In this document: in pieces, positions 17,599-27,231 of the stretch
Layout: each line of letters starts with the position of its first letter
Position numbering within the stretch: the first letter of the stretch is position 1
Assembly: GCA_023898465.1 (NCBI GenBank)
Contig: CP060223.1
Coordinates: 640,001-704,000 of the forward strand
Direction: 5' to 3'
Length of the DNA: 64,000 bases
Source of the DNA: Candidatus Nomurabacteria bacterium
Lineage (GTDB): Bacteria > Patescibacteriota > Patescibacteriia > HK-STAS-PATE-3
Notes under the pieces: model-generated
Database searches by the model: none
Seen by the model: only the letters and a program-made list of their open reading frames with translations
What the model was told of the DNA's origin: nothing
Translations under genes and position numbers: made by a program

Positions 17599-18738
17599 AT
17601 GCGGCAACTCAGCCGTGGTATTGATTTCTTGTTCGAGAACTCGATCTTTCTCATTCTATCGGCCGTGATTGCCCTAATCTGGGCCAATCACGACTACGAG
17701 GCCTACGAGAACTTTGTCTACCCGGTGCACTTCTGGATCAACGACGTCGCCATGTGCTTCTTCTTTGGCATGGCGGCCAAGGAAATCTGGGAGTCTTTTC
17801 TCCCGGGAGGCGCGCTGTCATCACCCAAACAAGCATCCCTTCCGATTATCGCCACACTCGGCGGTATGACTGGACCTGCAGTGCTCTACCTCATCTCCTG
17901 CAGTCTCTTCAAGTTGGAAGTGCTGCAGGTTGGGTGGGCAATTCCTTGCGCCACCGACATCGCCTTCTCCTACCTCTTCGCACGGATGATCTTTGGCAAA
18001 GGACATCCGGCAATCCCCTTCCTGCTCCTCCTCGCTATCGCCGACGACGCGCTCGGACTCATTGTCTTGGCAGTCTTTTACCCCAACGGCGATGTCTCTC
18101 TGCTGCACTTCCTCGGCTGGGTAGCTCCTGCCATGGGAATCGCCTATGTCATGCGTCGCAAGCGCGTGCTCAGCTTCTGGCCCTATCTACTGATCCCGGG
18201 AGTCATGAGCTGGTACGGCTTCTTCCGCGGCGGCATCCATCCGGCTCTGGCCCTAGTGGTCATCGTCCCGCTGATGCCAAGCGCCAAAGCTGACCTGGGA
18301 CTCTTTGCGGAGAACGAGGAAAATCGCCAAGACACCCTGGACCGCTTCGAGCACTGGTGGAAGAAACCTGTCGAGCTGATTCTTGGTCTCTTCGGTCTCG
18401 TGAATGCTGGAGTACTCTTTGGCAACGCTGGCATCGCTACTGGCATCGTGATGGTCTCATTGCTGCTGGGCAAACCACTGGGCATTACCATCTTTACGCT
18501 GATCGGCATGGGCTTCGGCCTGAGTCTACCGCGCAGGATGTCGATGCGAGACGTCATCGTCCTTGGCTCTGTTGCTGGCGTAGGATTCACCGTTGCGCTC
18601 TTTGTAGCCACGGTGGCTCTGCCAGCCGGACCTCTGCTCGATGCGGCCAAGCTGGGAGCCCTTGCCTCCATGCTAGCCGCTGTACTTTCTCTCATCTTGG
18701 CAAAAATGCTGGGCGTCCGGCGTATCAGCCAAGCCTAA
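17599..18738 (+). CDS. nhaA: Na+/H+ antiporter NhaA.
   Basis: About 12 TM helices and the NhaA-family blocks (FFFGMAAKEIW, the ATDIAFS discontinuous-helix motif). Confidence 0.85.
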   Translation: MRQLSRGIDFLFENSIFLILSAVIALIWANHDYEAYENFVYPVHFWINDVAMCFFFGMAAKEIWESFLPGGALSSPKQASLPIIATLGGMTGPAVLYLISCSLFKLEVLQVGWAIPCATDIAFSYLFARMIFGKGHPAIPFLLLLAIADDALGLIVLAVFYPNGDVSLLHFLGWVAPAMGIAYVMRRKRVLSFWPYLLIPGVMSWYGFFRGGIHPALALVVIVPLMPSAKADLGLFAENEENRQDTLDRFEHWWKKPVELILGLFGLVNAGVLFGNAGIATGIVMVSLLLGKPLGITIFTLIGMGFGLSLPRRMSMRDVIVLGSVAGVGFTVALFVATVALPAGPLLDAAKLGALASMLAAVLSLILAKMLGVRRISQA

Positions 18739-18748
18739 ATCTCAACCC

Positions 18749-18780
18749 GAAGCCACGGACACTCGTTCGTGGCTTCTTTC
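18749..18780. terminator. Bidirectional intrinsic terminator between the convergent nhaA and M23 peptidase genes.
   Basis: GAAGCCACGGA-cactcg-TTCGTGGCTTC followed by TTTC. Confidence 0.5.
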
Positions 18781-18782
18781 TA

Positions 18783-19958
18783 CTACAATGCTAAGGGATT
18801 AACCCAAGGAGTGAGAGCGGCCTCACTCTGTACATAGCCAGCAATATCAGTCACAGACCCTAGGTGAATACCAAAGTGCAAATGCTTTCGCTCACCATCA
18901 GTTTCGCTTGTTCCACCTTTCCCTAAATATCCGAGCTCTTGTCCAGCCAGCACCTGCGCACCAAGCCTTGGTAAACTGTCTGGCGCAATATGTCCATAGA
19001 CTGCGGTGTAGGTCTCGCTCTGCCATTGAAAGCGTAAAACAAAAACACCGCCGTATCCTGAGGCAGTGCGTGAGAGGATGATTTCCCCGGGCCCAATTGC
19101 CCGCACTGGTATAGGAATATCATCGGTGTCACCAAACTCAACATCAACAGCAGTATGAAAACCACTGAATCGTTCGGGTTGAACTGGAGAGTTTTGCGCA
19201 GTGATGTACTGACCAAAATGTTTCAAGGTTATACGATCACGAAACTGCTCAATTGGTTCAAGGAGATGCGCAGTCGGAAGTGCTGCAGTGTCAACGACAA
19301 GTGACTCTAAAAAACGATCATACACGGACTGATCTAAATCTGGGTGTTTGGCAATGACATAAAAAACCGAGGGGCTATCATCACTCACTCGCACATCAGT
19401 TACCATATGTCGTTGATTACGCCAAGCTGGTTGGGCAGGAAAATTTCCCACCCCGGCCTTTTTCTCAATGTCATAGCGCACTGCTGGACGCCCAACAACC
19501 GTTAATTCTTCACGTGAGTGAATAGTCACTGTGGAAAGCGTAAGAAAATCGTTGGCAGTGAAGCTGCGTAAAAAGATTTGTGATTGCGCCAACGTGTTCT
19601 CACCCGCTGCGGCTGGGTCGTAAATATTGAGTGCGGCAATTTCCTTGACGGCCTCAGCTTGCCAAGTTGGAGGAATCTCTGCGCTAAACTGAAAATCAGC
19701 GCTGCTATCACTTAGCTCCTGGGCAAGTAAGACTTTAGTGCTTGGTCGGGTTGTAGGATCAGTGATCTCAGTATTTATATCAGCCACATCCTCATCCACA
19801 TTCACTGACTCTTCAGCATTTGGTAAACCAGTTAACCCTACCACTACAACGATAACTGCAACTATAGCAACAACGGTCCAGATGGTAGAAAACCCTCTAG
19901 GCGATTCGGCTCTATGCTGCGTAAATAACCAAAATCGACGTAGCATTGACTTTAGCAT
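18783..19958 (-). CDS. M23-family metallopeptidase, membrane-anchored.
   Basis: N-terminal TM helix. The C-terminus carries HTAVD and HLHFGIH (HxH) motifs of the LytM/M23 domain. Confidence 0.7.
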   Translation of the reverse strand: MLKSMLRRFWLFTQHRAESPRGFSTIWTVVAIVAVIVVVVGLTGLPNAEESVNVDEDVADINTEITDPTTRPSTKVLLAQELSDSSADFQFSAEIPPTWQAEAVKEIAALNIYDPAAAGENTLAQSQIFLRSFTANDFLTLSTVTIHSREELTVVGRPAVRYDIEKKAGVGNFPAQPAWRNQRHMVTDVRVSDDSPSVFYVIAKHPDLDQSVYDRFLESLVVDTAALPTAHLLEPIEQFRDRITLKHFGQYITAQNSPVQPERFSGFHTAVDVEFGDTDDIPIPVRAIGPGEIILSRTASGYGGVFVLRFQWQSETYTAVYGHIAPDSLPRLGAQVLAGQELGYLGKGGTSETDGERKHLHFGIHLGSVTDIAGYVQSEAALTPWVNPLAL

Positions 19959-19978
19959 AGCATAGGAATGAAGAAACT

Positions 19979-21469
19979 CTAAGCGCTTGTCAAGCGTTCT
20001 TCAAGAAGCTTTTCTAAGACTTTAGGGTCAGCTCTCCCCTGTGTCTCTCGCATAGCCTGGCCCAGGAAGAACTTGAGTAAAGCGATTTTACCTTTGCGAT
20101 ACTCTTCAGCTTTCTCTGGATGCGCATCGAGCACTTTTTGCACCACGTCTCGTAAAGCACCCTCATCGCTCACCTGCCCTAAACCTTTCTGCGCGACAAT
20201 ATCAGAAGGATCGCCACCAATTTTTACCATTTCCTCGAGAAGTTGTTGAGCAGCCGGCGCATTGACCGCACCTGATTGCACAATCTTCACATACTCAGCG
20301 AAATTCTCTGGTGTGATATCTTTAGCATTCGACACTTCATTGCGAAGTTTTTCATAGCGATGCACAAGCAGATTGGCAACTTGCTTGGCATACTTTCCTT
20401 TTTCCTGCTCCCAAACCAGCCCCGGCTCGTTCTCTGCTTCCATCCAAGCGCGCAGCTCTGAAACAACCTCTTCAGCAAATTTCCCTAAATGCTGGTCAGT
20501 CACTAAACGCTCTATCACTTCGACCGGGAAGCCTAATTCTGACTGATAACGCTGACGACGTGCAGCCGGAAGCTCGGGCATAGCAGCAGCAATTTTTTCG
20601 AGATACTCAGCGCTAAAATGTAGAGGTGGAATATCCGGCTCAGGGAAATAGCGGTAGTCGGCTGCTTCTTCTTTCGTACGCTGCTCGACTGTTTCATTCT
20701 TTGTCTCTTCCCAACCGCGAGTGGCTAACTGCATCGGCGGCATGCCTGCCTCCCATAATTTTGTCTGACGCTCGACTTCAAAAGTTAACGCGCGCTCGAC
20801 TGAACGGAAGGAATTCAGGTTTTTAATCTCGGTTTTGGGATAGAGCTCAGTATCACCCTCTGGACGCAATGAAATGTTTGCATCAACACGCAGTTGACCT
20901 TTTTCCATATCAGCATTCGATACGCCAAGGTAACGCATGAGTAAGCGTAATTCAGTTAAGAAGATGCGCGCTTGAGCTGGGGTCTGAATATCCGGCTTGG
21001 TGACAATCTCAGCTAAGGGGGTGCCTGCTCTATTAAAATCGATTTGCGTCATCTCCTGACCCGGTTCGTGTAAAAGCTTGGCTGAATCCTCTTCTAAATG
21101 CAGACGCTCAATCCGCACCCGATGCGCTTGCTCGCCCTCAACCACATCCAGGTAACCATTCTCCCCAATCGGCTGATCCAACTGAGAGATTTGATAACCT
21201 TTCGAGAGATCGGGGTAAAAATAGTGTTTACGGTCAAACTTTGACTCAGTGTTTATTTTGCAGTTGAGGCCGAGGGCAGCCAAAACTGACCAGTCAATCG
21301 CTTGCTGATTAGGCACAGGGAGAGTACCTGGCTGCGCAGTACAAATCTCACAGATAGTAGTGTTGGGGGCTTGTCCTTCACCGGTATTATCACAAGCGCA
21401 AAAGAGTTTGCTCTTCGTTTTTAGCTGTACGTGAATTTCTAATCCAATAATTGTTTCGTAGGTAGCCAT
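19979..21469 (-). CDS. gatB: Asp/Glu-tRNA(Asn/Gln) amidotransferase subunit B.
   Basis: MATYETIIGLEIHVQL N-terminus and GatB/YqeY C-terminus. Confidence 0.9.
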   Translation of the reverse strand: MATYETIIGLEIHVQLKTKSKLFCACDNTGEGQAPNTTICEICTAQPGTLPVPNQQAIDWSVLAALGLNCKINTESKFDRKHYFYPDLSKGYQISQLDQPIGENGYLDVVEGEQAHRVRIERLHLEEDSAKLLHEPGQEMTQIDFNRAGTPLAEIVTKPDIQTPAQARIFLTELRLLMRYLGVSNADMEKGQLRVDANISLRPEGDTELYPKTEIKNLNSFRSVERALTFEVERQTKLWEAGMPPMQLATRGWEETKNETVEQRTKEEAADYRYFPEPDIPPLHFSAEYLEKIAAAMPELPAARRQRYQSELGFPVEVIERLVTDQHLGKFAEEVVSELRAWMEAENEPGLVWEQEKGKYAKQVANLLVHRYEKLRNEVSNAKDITPENFAEYVKIVQSGAVNAPAAQQLLEEMVKIGGDPSDIVAQKGLGQVSDEGALRDVVQKVLDAHPEKAEEYRKGKIALLKFFLGQAMRETQGRADPKVLEKLLEERLTSA

Positions 21470-21473
21470 GAGA

Positions 21474-22163
21474 TTATTTTAGCACTTCTTGTACAGTCTT
21501 CCAGACTTGCTCAGCAATATGTTCGCGATCCTGCATCACGCCATTTTTGGTACACGTTATCACCTTCCAGGAAAAACGTGCTGATAAGCGATGCGCCATT
21601 TCCCAACTCGTCTGCTGATGACGTTTATTCTTTTCCAGACTATCGACAGCCTTTCCGCCCAGGTAATTACGATGACCTTTTGCTCGTACGAGCTTACGTC
21701 CTATGGTATGCGGCACGGAGAGAAAAACAGTCAGATCAGGCTTGAGCACTCCAAGTATGTGATACTCCATTTCTTCTAACCAATGGAGATACTCCTTCTG
21801 CTCCAAAGCTGTTTGAAACTTGGCCGCCTGATGCATCATGCTTGAGGAAGTATAGCGATTACAGACAACTACTTTCCCTTGCGCTAACCATTTATTCAAC
21901 TGATCCTTTGCCTGCCAACGATCAAGTGCATACAAGAGTGAGGCAAGATAAGGATTCACTTTTAGTGTCGGTCCAAATTTGCCCTGAATGAATTGACCGA
22001 CCATGGCCCCAAAGAAACTTTCATCATAACGAGGAAAATCAGCTAAGGCAGTCTGATACCCCTGCTTTTTTAGACGCTGAATAAGGAGACCAGCTTGCGT
22101 TGCCTTGCCAGATCCATCCACCCCGTCGAGTACGATCAGTTTTCCGCTTTGCTTCTTTTTCAC
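21474..22163 (-). CDS. tmk: Thymidylate kinase.
   Basis: GKLIVLDGVDGSGKATQ P-loop and DRY motif. Confidence 0.85.
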   Translation of the reverse strand: MKKKQSGKLIVLDGVDGSGKATQAGLLIQRLKKQGYQTALADFPRYDESFFGAMVGQFIQGKFGPTLKVNPYLASLLYALDRWQAKDQLNKWLAQGKVVVCNRYTSSSMMHQAAKFQTALEQKEYLHWLEEMEYHILGVLKPDLTVFLSVPHTIGRKLVRAKGHRNYLGGKAVDSLEKNKRHQQTSWEMAHRLSARFSWKVITCTKNGVMQDREHIAEQVWKTVQEVLK

Positions 22164-22223
22164 AGGCCAAGTTTAGCATACGCAAGAGCCAAATTCCAAG
22201 TTTTTTATCCAATGATGCATCAC

Positions 22224-22252
22224 TTGAAAAAAGCTGTAAAAACACCTACAAT
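22224..22252 (+). promoter_or_regulatory. Sigma70-like promoter (TTGAAA, 17-nt spacer, TACAAT) in the divergent tmk/thyX intergenic region.
   Basis: Direct hexamer match. The ATG at 22271 follows about 12 nt after the predicted start site. Confidence 0.45.
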
Positions 22253-22270
22253 CCCCATGCTTTTCCGCTA

Positions 22271-23974
22271 ATGATTCCACCCATGCCTACATTCACACCC
22301 GAAGAAATCGAAGTGCTCAAAAAGTATATCACCGACCCCACGGGTGATGTTTTTTGTATTAAAAACATGCCTGGTCTGGTTGGAGCAGCCTATGCCCGCT
22401 ACAGCCGTGCCCGTGGCGGATTTCGAGAAGTACTACTCAAAGAATTTATTAGCGAAGGGGTGGTAGACGCCGAGCATGCGGAAGATCTTATCGAGCGTGT
22501 CTTAATTGCCTATGGCGATGATTCAGTTGGCGAATTAGAAGGCGCTCACATCTCTTTTGAAAATATCTCCATACTTGCCACGAAAGAAATTGAAGAATGT
22601 CGCATTGGTGGCTCCCCCATCGAGCAATCCACTCGTTATGTTTTCTACGACCAAAAAGATGCGCAGGGAAAATATAAATACATTGTCCCGCCTGAACTAG
22701 AAGGAAGCGATTTAGCAAATGAATATACCGAGGCCATGGACTTCCTCTTTGACACCTACTGCCGCCTCATCGAACCCATGAAGGAATTTTATAAGAAGCG
22801 ATTGCCCCTGAAGCAAGCTGAATATGATGTGCTAGGAAATGGCAATAAGCAGCACTATGAAGAGCTGGAAAATGAAAAAGACCAAAAAGCCTTTAAGACA
22901 ACTTATAACATGGATATTCGCACAAAGGCCTGCGACACTTTGCGCTATATCCTCCCACTAGCAACGACCACCAACGTCGGTATTTTTGGCAATGGCCGAT
23001 TCCATCAAAGCATGATCTCTGCTCTACTCTCCAGTCATTTTCGAGAAACCCAAAGGCTGGGCGATGCGGCTTTGCGAGAGCTGAGTAAAATAATTCCGGT
23101 CTATGTGCGGCGCGCCAAGCGAGATGAATATCGCACCACGATTGAACATGACATGGAACGCTTAGTAAGCGACTTACTCGCCAATGTGGAGGCAGAAACC
23201 CCGACTGAAGAAATACACCTTATGGACGAAGGCGAGGCGTATATTGCGAAACATTTGAACGGCCAAAGCGACCCTGCGGCGCTTCGTCAAGCTATAGCCC
23301 GATATCGTGATACTTCCCTCCTGGCCCACATCCTCTATGCCTACGCCCAGCATCCTTTGTCACAGCTAATGGATTTTGTTGAGCAACTTTCAGAAGAAAA
23401 ACGTAAAGAGATTATTGATACCTACATTGGTCAGCGCCGCACCCGTCGTGACCGCCCTTATCGTGCTTTTGAAAGCGGCTACCCCTACACCTTTGACCTG
23501 GTTACCGACTTTGGCAGCTACAAAGATCTCATGCGCCATCGCATGACCACGCAGCTACGTCAGCGCTTCTCGCCTGAGCTGGGCTTTGCCATGCCGCAAG
23601 ATATTATTGAGGCAGGCTTCAGCGAAGAGATTCAGGCTTGTCATGAGCGCTCACAAGAACTTTATCGCAAGCTAGCCAAGCAACTTCCTCAGATTGCTCA
23701 ATATGCTGCCCTGCACGGCTCTAAAGTGCGCTGGGTGATTGGGATGAACGAACGAGAGGCCTATCACCTACTTGAACTCCGCACCACTCCACAGGGCCAT
23801 CCTGCCTATCGTAAAGTCGGCCAGGAGATGCACAAACGTATTCAGGAGCGTTCAGCTTGGCGCGCCGCCCGTATGAGCTTTGTTGACCACAACAGCTACA
23901 CCTCTGCTCGCGGCGACTCAGAGGCAAAGCAGCGAGTCAAAGAACGCAAATACGAAGAAACGCACGGCGCCTAA
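22271..23974 (+). CDS. thyX: ThyX-like flavin-dependent thymidylate synthase, unusually long (about 567 aa, possibly a duplicated domain).
   Basis: RHR...S-type motif (MRHRMTTQLRQRFS) in the C-terminal half and a ThyX-like N-terminal half. The ORF-track start at 22100 would overlap the tmk start, so the in-frame ATG at 22271 is taken instead. Confidence 0.5.
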   Translation: MIPPMPTFTPEEIEVLKKYITDPTGDVFCIKNMPGLVGAAYARYSRARGGFREVLLKEFISEGVVDAEHAEDLIERVLIAYGDDSVGELEGAHISFENISILATKEIEECRIGGSPIEQSTRYVFYDQKDAQGKYKYIVPPELEGSDLANEYTEAMDFLFDTYCRLIEPMKEFYKKRLPLKQAEYDVLGNGNKQHYEELENEKDQKAFKTTYNMDIRTKACDTLRYILPLATTTNVGIFGNGRFHQSMISALLSSHFRETQRLGDAALRELSKIIPVYVRRAKRDEYRTTIEHDMERLVSDLLANVEAETPTEEIHLMDEGEAYIAKHLNGQSDPAALRQAIARYRDTSLLAHILYAYAQHPLSQLMDFVEQLSEEKRKEIIDTYIGQRRTRRDRPYRAFESGYPYTFDLVTDFGSYKDLMRHRMTTQLRQRFSPELGFAMPQDIIEAGFSEEIQACHERSQELYRKLAKQLPQIAQYAALHGSKVRWVIGMNEREAYHLLELRTTPQGHPAYRKVGQEMHKRIQERSAWRAARMSFVDHNSYTSARGDSEAKQRVKERKYEETHGA

Positions 23975-24075
23975 CTAAAAGCGCTGAACCGAGCAAAGGC
24001 TTGCCCTTCAAGAAAAGAACTGCTAGGGTGGTTTTGTTCTTTCCGGTGTTGTGGATGAAGTCTGGCGAAGTCTTA

Positions 24076-24110
24076 GGACTCGCTGGATATACGTAGAGTC
24101 CCTTTTTCCC
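24076..24110 (+). terminator. Candidate thyX terminator.
   Basis: GGACTC-14 nt-GAGTCC followed by CTTTTTCC. Confidence 0.35.
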
Positions 24111-24302
24111 TCTCATTCGGGGTATCTCGTATCCGAGCTTAGGATCTGTCCGATGGACTAGGGAAATACCCTCCTTACGCGGGACAGCGCGGTTTCCTGA
24201 TGTGAGCCCATTGTCTGATTGTCTCCCCCACTCTCACAAGGTCGGAGAGGAGCGATCACGCAAGTAACTCACAAGATCGGCACACCAGGCCCTCGGCATT
24301 CA

Positions 24303-24338
24303 CAACAAACCACCCCTTGCTCTGTCCAAGCAGGGGGT
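24303..24338. terminator. Bidirectional terminator hairpin at the 3' end of the kinase gene and of the 370-bp non-coding gap.
   Basis: CACCCCTTGCT-ctgtcca-AGCAGGGGGTG (one G.U pair), followed by TTTTC on the plus strand and U-rich sequence on the minus strand. Confidence 0.45.
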
Positions 24339-24343
24339 GTTTT

Positions 24344-24943
24344 CTATCCTTCGAGCTTCTTCAACACTGTATCAACTTTTTGATAAAGCTCATCCTGCCC
24401 TCCATTATTCTCAATCCGATAATCTGCCATTGCAACACAGCGATGAATGTTCTGTTTATGCGGATCATCGCTTCGCATCTCCCGCTCCTCCTCAGCTACA
24501 AACTCCGCAAAGGTGACGTTATCGGTATCAGTTAATCCCCGCTTATACAAGCGCTCATAACGCAGCTTTTGATCAGCATCTAAAGCAATAACCACGCCGC
24601 CCATTTTTTGCACTGCCTCCACTTCAGCTGGCACGCGGATGCTCTCCACAATCACCCGGTCAGATTCAGCTAAACCCCTTCGGGCCATAGTGGCGATAAC
24701 ATAGTCAGGACCAAACTGCCGCCGCAAATCATTTCCTACCTGCACCAACATATCACGGTTTTCTGCTAAGCCGCGCTTTTGAATTTCGGCGCGAATAAAT
24801 TCACGTGCTGAGTAATGTTGATACCCTTTTTGAATGAGATACTCCGAAACAGCACCTTTACCAGCTGCCAGCGTGCCGGTCAAACCAATGAGTTTTGGAG
24901 CCGGTTTAGGGATTTCTGCCGGACGAGTTGAGATGCATACCAT
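24344..24943 (-). CDS. P-loop (deoxy)nucleoside monophosphate kinase, dNMP-kinase-like or adenylate-kinase superfamily.
   Basis: GLTGTLAAGKG P-loop and a small size of about 200 aa. It sits between thyX and dut, inside the dTTP-pathway cluster. Confidence 0.45.
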   Translation of the reverse strand: MVCISTRPAEIPKPAPKLIGLTGTLAAGKGAVSEYLIQKGYQHYSAREFIRAEIQKRGLAENRDMLVQVGNDLRRQFGPDYVIATMARRGLAESDRVIVESIRVPAEVEAVQKMGGVVIALDADQKLRYERLYKRGLTDTDNVTFAEFVAEEEREMRSDDPHKQNIHRCVAMADYRIENNGGQDELYQKVDTVLKKLEG

Positions 24944-24945
24944 AC

Positions 24946-25554
24946 TTAATCGGTATTATGGTCAACCAGGCAGAATGGGGGGTTGCCTCCACTTCGCTCA
25001 AAATAGAGTGGCGCAGTACCGCTATCCCCTTCGGCATACTCTAAGCTCTTTTCAATACGACAGTGCATTAAATATGACTGCACGTTATTCACATCTCGCT
25101 CAGATTGCTGCACCACATAGCGGCAATTATATGGCGTGTCTTGTACCTCTTGGCCAAGCGGATCAAAAAAGCCCGTGATGTTGATGTAGTCTGGATAGAG
25201 AATATCGAGGAAACCGTCTGAGGCAGAATTCTCAAACTTCAGGTTTGGATAATTGCCAGTGCAACTGCCATCCAGCTGTGTGTAACCATAGTGGAAGTGA
25301 AAATAGTTGTTCCCGGCTGGAAAGGTATAGGTTGCACCGCCCACTCCGAGTCTTTGACCCGGATAACGCTGATTGTCGTCATAGTACAAAACTAAAGCAT
25401 CAGCAAAATCATTGAGCCAAGATACCCGCTCAGTATCCCTGGTCTTGGCCCGAACCGTTTCGTAATTAAGTGCAATGACAATACTCGAGAGGATGCCAAT
25501 AATAGCGATAACAATGAGGAGCTCAATTAAGGTAAATCCAGAAGTGTTTTTCAT
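24946..25554 (-). CDS. Type IV pilin or pseudopilin.
   Basis: Class III signal MKNTSGFTLIELLIVIAIIGIL (prepilin cleavage/methylation motif) followed by a beta-rich globular domain. Confidence 0.7.
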   Translation of the reverse strand: MKNTSGFTLIELLIVIAIIGILSSIVIALNYETVRAKTRDTERVSWLNDFADALVLYYDDNQRYPGQRLGVGGATYTFPAGNNYFHFHYGYTQLDGSCTGNYPNLKFENSASDGFLDILYPDYINITGFFDPLGQEVQDTPYNCRYVVQQSERDVNNVQSYLMHCRIEKSLEYAEGDSGTAPLYFERSGGNPPFCLVDHNTD

Positions 25555-25609
25555 ACGCTAAAGTACACTCAGTATATCATGAGTTACTCTACTTGTAAGA
25601 AAGGCCAGG

Positions 25610-26038
25610 TTAACTACGACCAGTGCTTCCGAAACCACCCTCACCACGGGCGGTAGCTGAGAGCTCGGCTGCTTCCTCAATTTCTACATGACCGGACTGG
25701 AATATGAGGAACTGCGCGATACGCTCACCCTTTTCTACAGTGTAATCCTCACCACTAGTATTCAGCAGCATCACTTTAATTTCACCGCGATAGCCAGGAT
25801 CAATCATGCCGCCAAGGATGGTAATGCCGTGCTTGAATGCCAATCCAGAACGATCCCAGACAAGACCGACATGACCTAAGGGAATTTCAAAAGCCAGCCC
25901 GGTGCCAAAACCGCGCGCTTGTCCAGCAGGAATCACACCTGCCTCGGTTGTGCAGAGATCAATCGCCGCATCTTCTTCACCATGTGCATACTCTGGTAAC
26001 TTCGCATCCTCGTGCAGTTTCTGAACTCGTACTTTCAT
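25610..26038 (-). CDS. dut: dUTP diphosphatase.
   Basis: GLVWDRSGLA...GGMIDPGYRGEI dUTPase motifs. Confidence 0.9.
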   Translation of the reverse strand: MKVRVQKLHEDAKLPEYAHGEEDAAIDLCTTEAGVIPAGQARGFGTGLAFEIPLGHVGLVWDRSGLAFKHGITILGGMIDPGYRGEIKVMLLNTSGEDYTVEKGERIAQFLIFQSGHVEIEEAAELSATARGEGGFGSTGRS

Positions 26039-26039
26039 A

Positions 26040-26516
26040 TTATTTTTCCTCTTTAGCTAATTGACTACGATACTGTCTATATTTCACTCCAGCAGCATCA
26101 AGTATGCGGCGAGAAGCAACCCAAACCGGCCGGTCGTGATTGCGATCGCTCTCAAATACCACTTCCTTAATTCCTGTTTGCACTATTGTTTTAGCGCATT
26201 CATTGCATGGGAAAAGTAAGCAGTAGAGAATTCCACCCTTGGTGCTCTGATTTGCGTTGTAGATAGCGTTCTCCTCAGCGTGGACCACATAGGTATTTTT
26301 CACGTTGAGAAAATCACCTTCGCTATCCCAAGGGAAATCGTGCTCAGTCCCCCGCGGCCAGCCATTATAGCCCATACCGACGATGACGTTGTCTTGATTT
26401 ACAATCACCGCTCCGGTCTGGGTAGACGGATCCTTGGAGCGCTGGCTAATCACATGCGCCATCTGCATCAGGCATTCGTCCCAGGAAAGATAGTTTTCTC
26501 GTGGAGGACGCGCCAT
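26040..26516 (-). CDS. dCMP deaminase (ComEB-type).
   Basis: HAEENAI and PCNECAK zinc-binding motifs. Confidence 0.8.
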   Translation of the reverse strand: MARPPRENYLSWDECLMQMAHVISQRSKDPSTQTGAVIVNQDNVIVGMGYNGWPRGTEHDFPWDSEGDFLNVKNTYVVHAEENAIYNANQSTKGGILYCLLFPCNECAKTIVQTGIKEVVFESDRNHDRPVWVASRRILDAAGVKYRQYRSQLAKEEK

Positions 26517-26521
26517 CGGGT

Positions 26522-27208
26522 TTAATCCAGGCTTACTTTGATGCCCGGCCCCATTGAGGAGCTCAGGGTCACTGACTTCATGAATGTGCCCTTAGCCTCG
26601 CTTGGCTTTGCTCGACGTACTGCGTCAACAAAAGCGTCAATATTCTCGCGCAGTTGTGCGTCAGCGAAAGAAACGCGACCAACTAGTTGATGCACATTCC
26701 CAGTGGTGTCAGAGCGGAAAGTAGCTTTACCTTTTTTCAAGGCCTTCACTGCTTCAGCAGGGTTTGCAGTAACTGTTTCGTTGCGTGGGTTTGGCATGAG
26801 ACCTTTTTGTCCAAGCGTCTTCGCAATTGGACCAAGTGCTTTCATTAAGGTTGGATGCGCAACTGCGACATCAAAGTTTGTCTTATTGGTGGTCTTAATT
26901 TCCTTTACCAGCTCTTCACCGCCAACCACATCCGCACCAGCTGCTTTTACCTCTTCTACCATATTCGCAGGCACAAAGGCGGCCACTTTTAAGGTCTTGC
27001 CAGTGCCGTGGGGCAACTGCACTGTACCACGGACAATTTGATCGGCCTTTTTAGCATCAATGCCGAGACGGAAATGCAGCTCAACACCTTCATCAAATTT
27101 TGTAGATGCTTGGCTTTTAATAAGTTGCAGCGCCTCATCAATAGTGTAAAGCTTGGCTGCTTCAATTTTTTCATTATTAGCGTTATAGCGCTTTGATCGA
27201 CTGCTCAT
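26522..27208 (-). CDS. rplA: Ribosomal protein L1.
   Basis: L1 family blocks. It is adjacent to rplK. Confidence 0.9.
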   Translation of the reverse strand: MSSRSKRYNANNEKIEAAKLYTIDEALQLIKSQASTKFDEGVELHFRLGIDAKKADQIVRGTVQLPHGTGKTLKVAAFVPANMVEEVKAAGADVVGGEELVKEIKTTNKTNFDVAVAHPTLMKALGPIAKTLGQKGLMPNPRNETVTANPAEAVKALKKGKATFRSDTTGNVHQLVGRVSFADAQLRENIDAFVDAVRRAKPSEAKGTFMKSVTLSSSMGPGIKVSLD

Positions 27209-27231
27209 ACAATACTTTCAGGATTCAAGAA

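Noticed and set aside
17754-18695. Long alternative-frame ORFs inside nhaA on both strands (179 aa +, 170 aa -, 145 aa +).
   Set aside because: High local GC keeps off-frames open. The products are Arg/Pro/Ser-rich low-complexity sequences typical of frame shadows.
15736-18738. pyrBI-nhaA as a horizontally acquired GC-rich island.
   Set aside because: Hand-counted GC (about 57-60%) is only modestly above the window background (about 50-56%). That is too weak to call without a computed profile.
22100-22270. thyX start at 22100 as given by the ORF track.
   Set aside because: It would overlap the divergent tmk start by 63 nt and precede the mapped promoter. The start was moved to the in-frame ATG at 22271.
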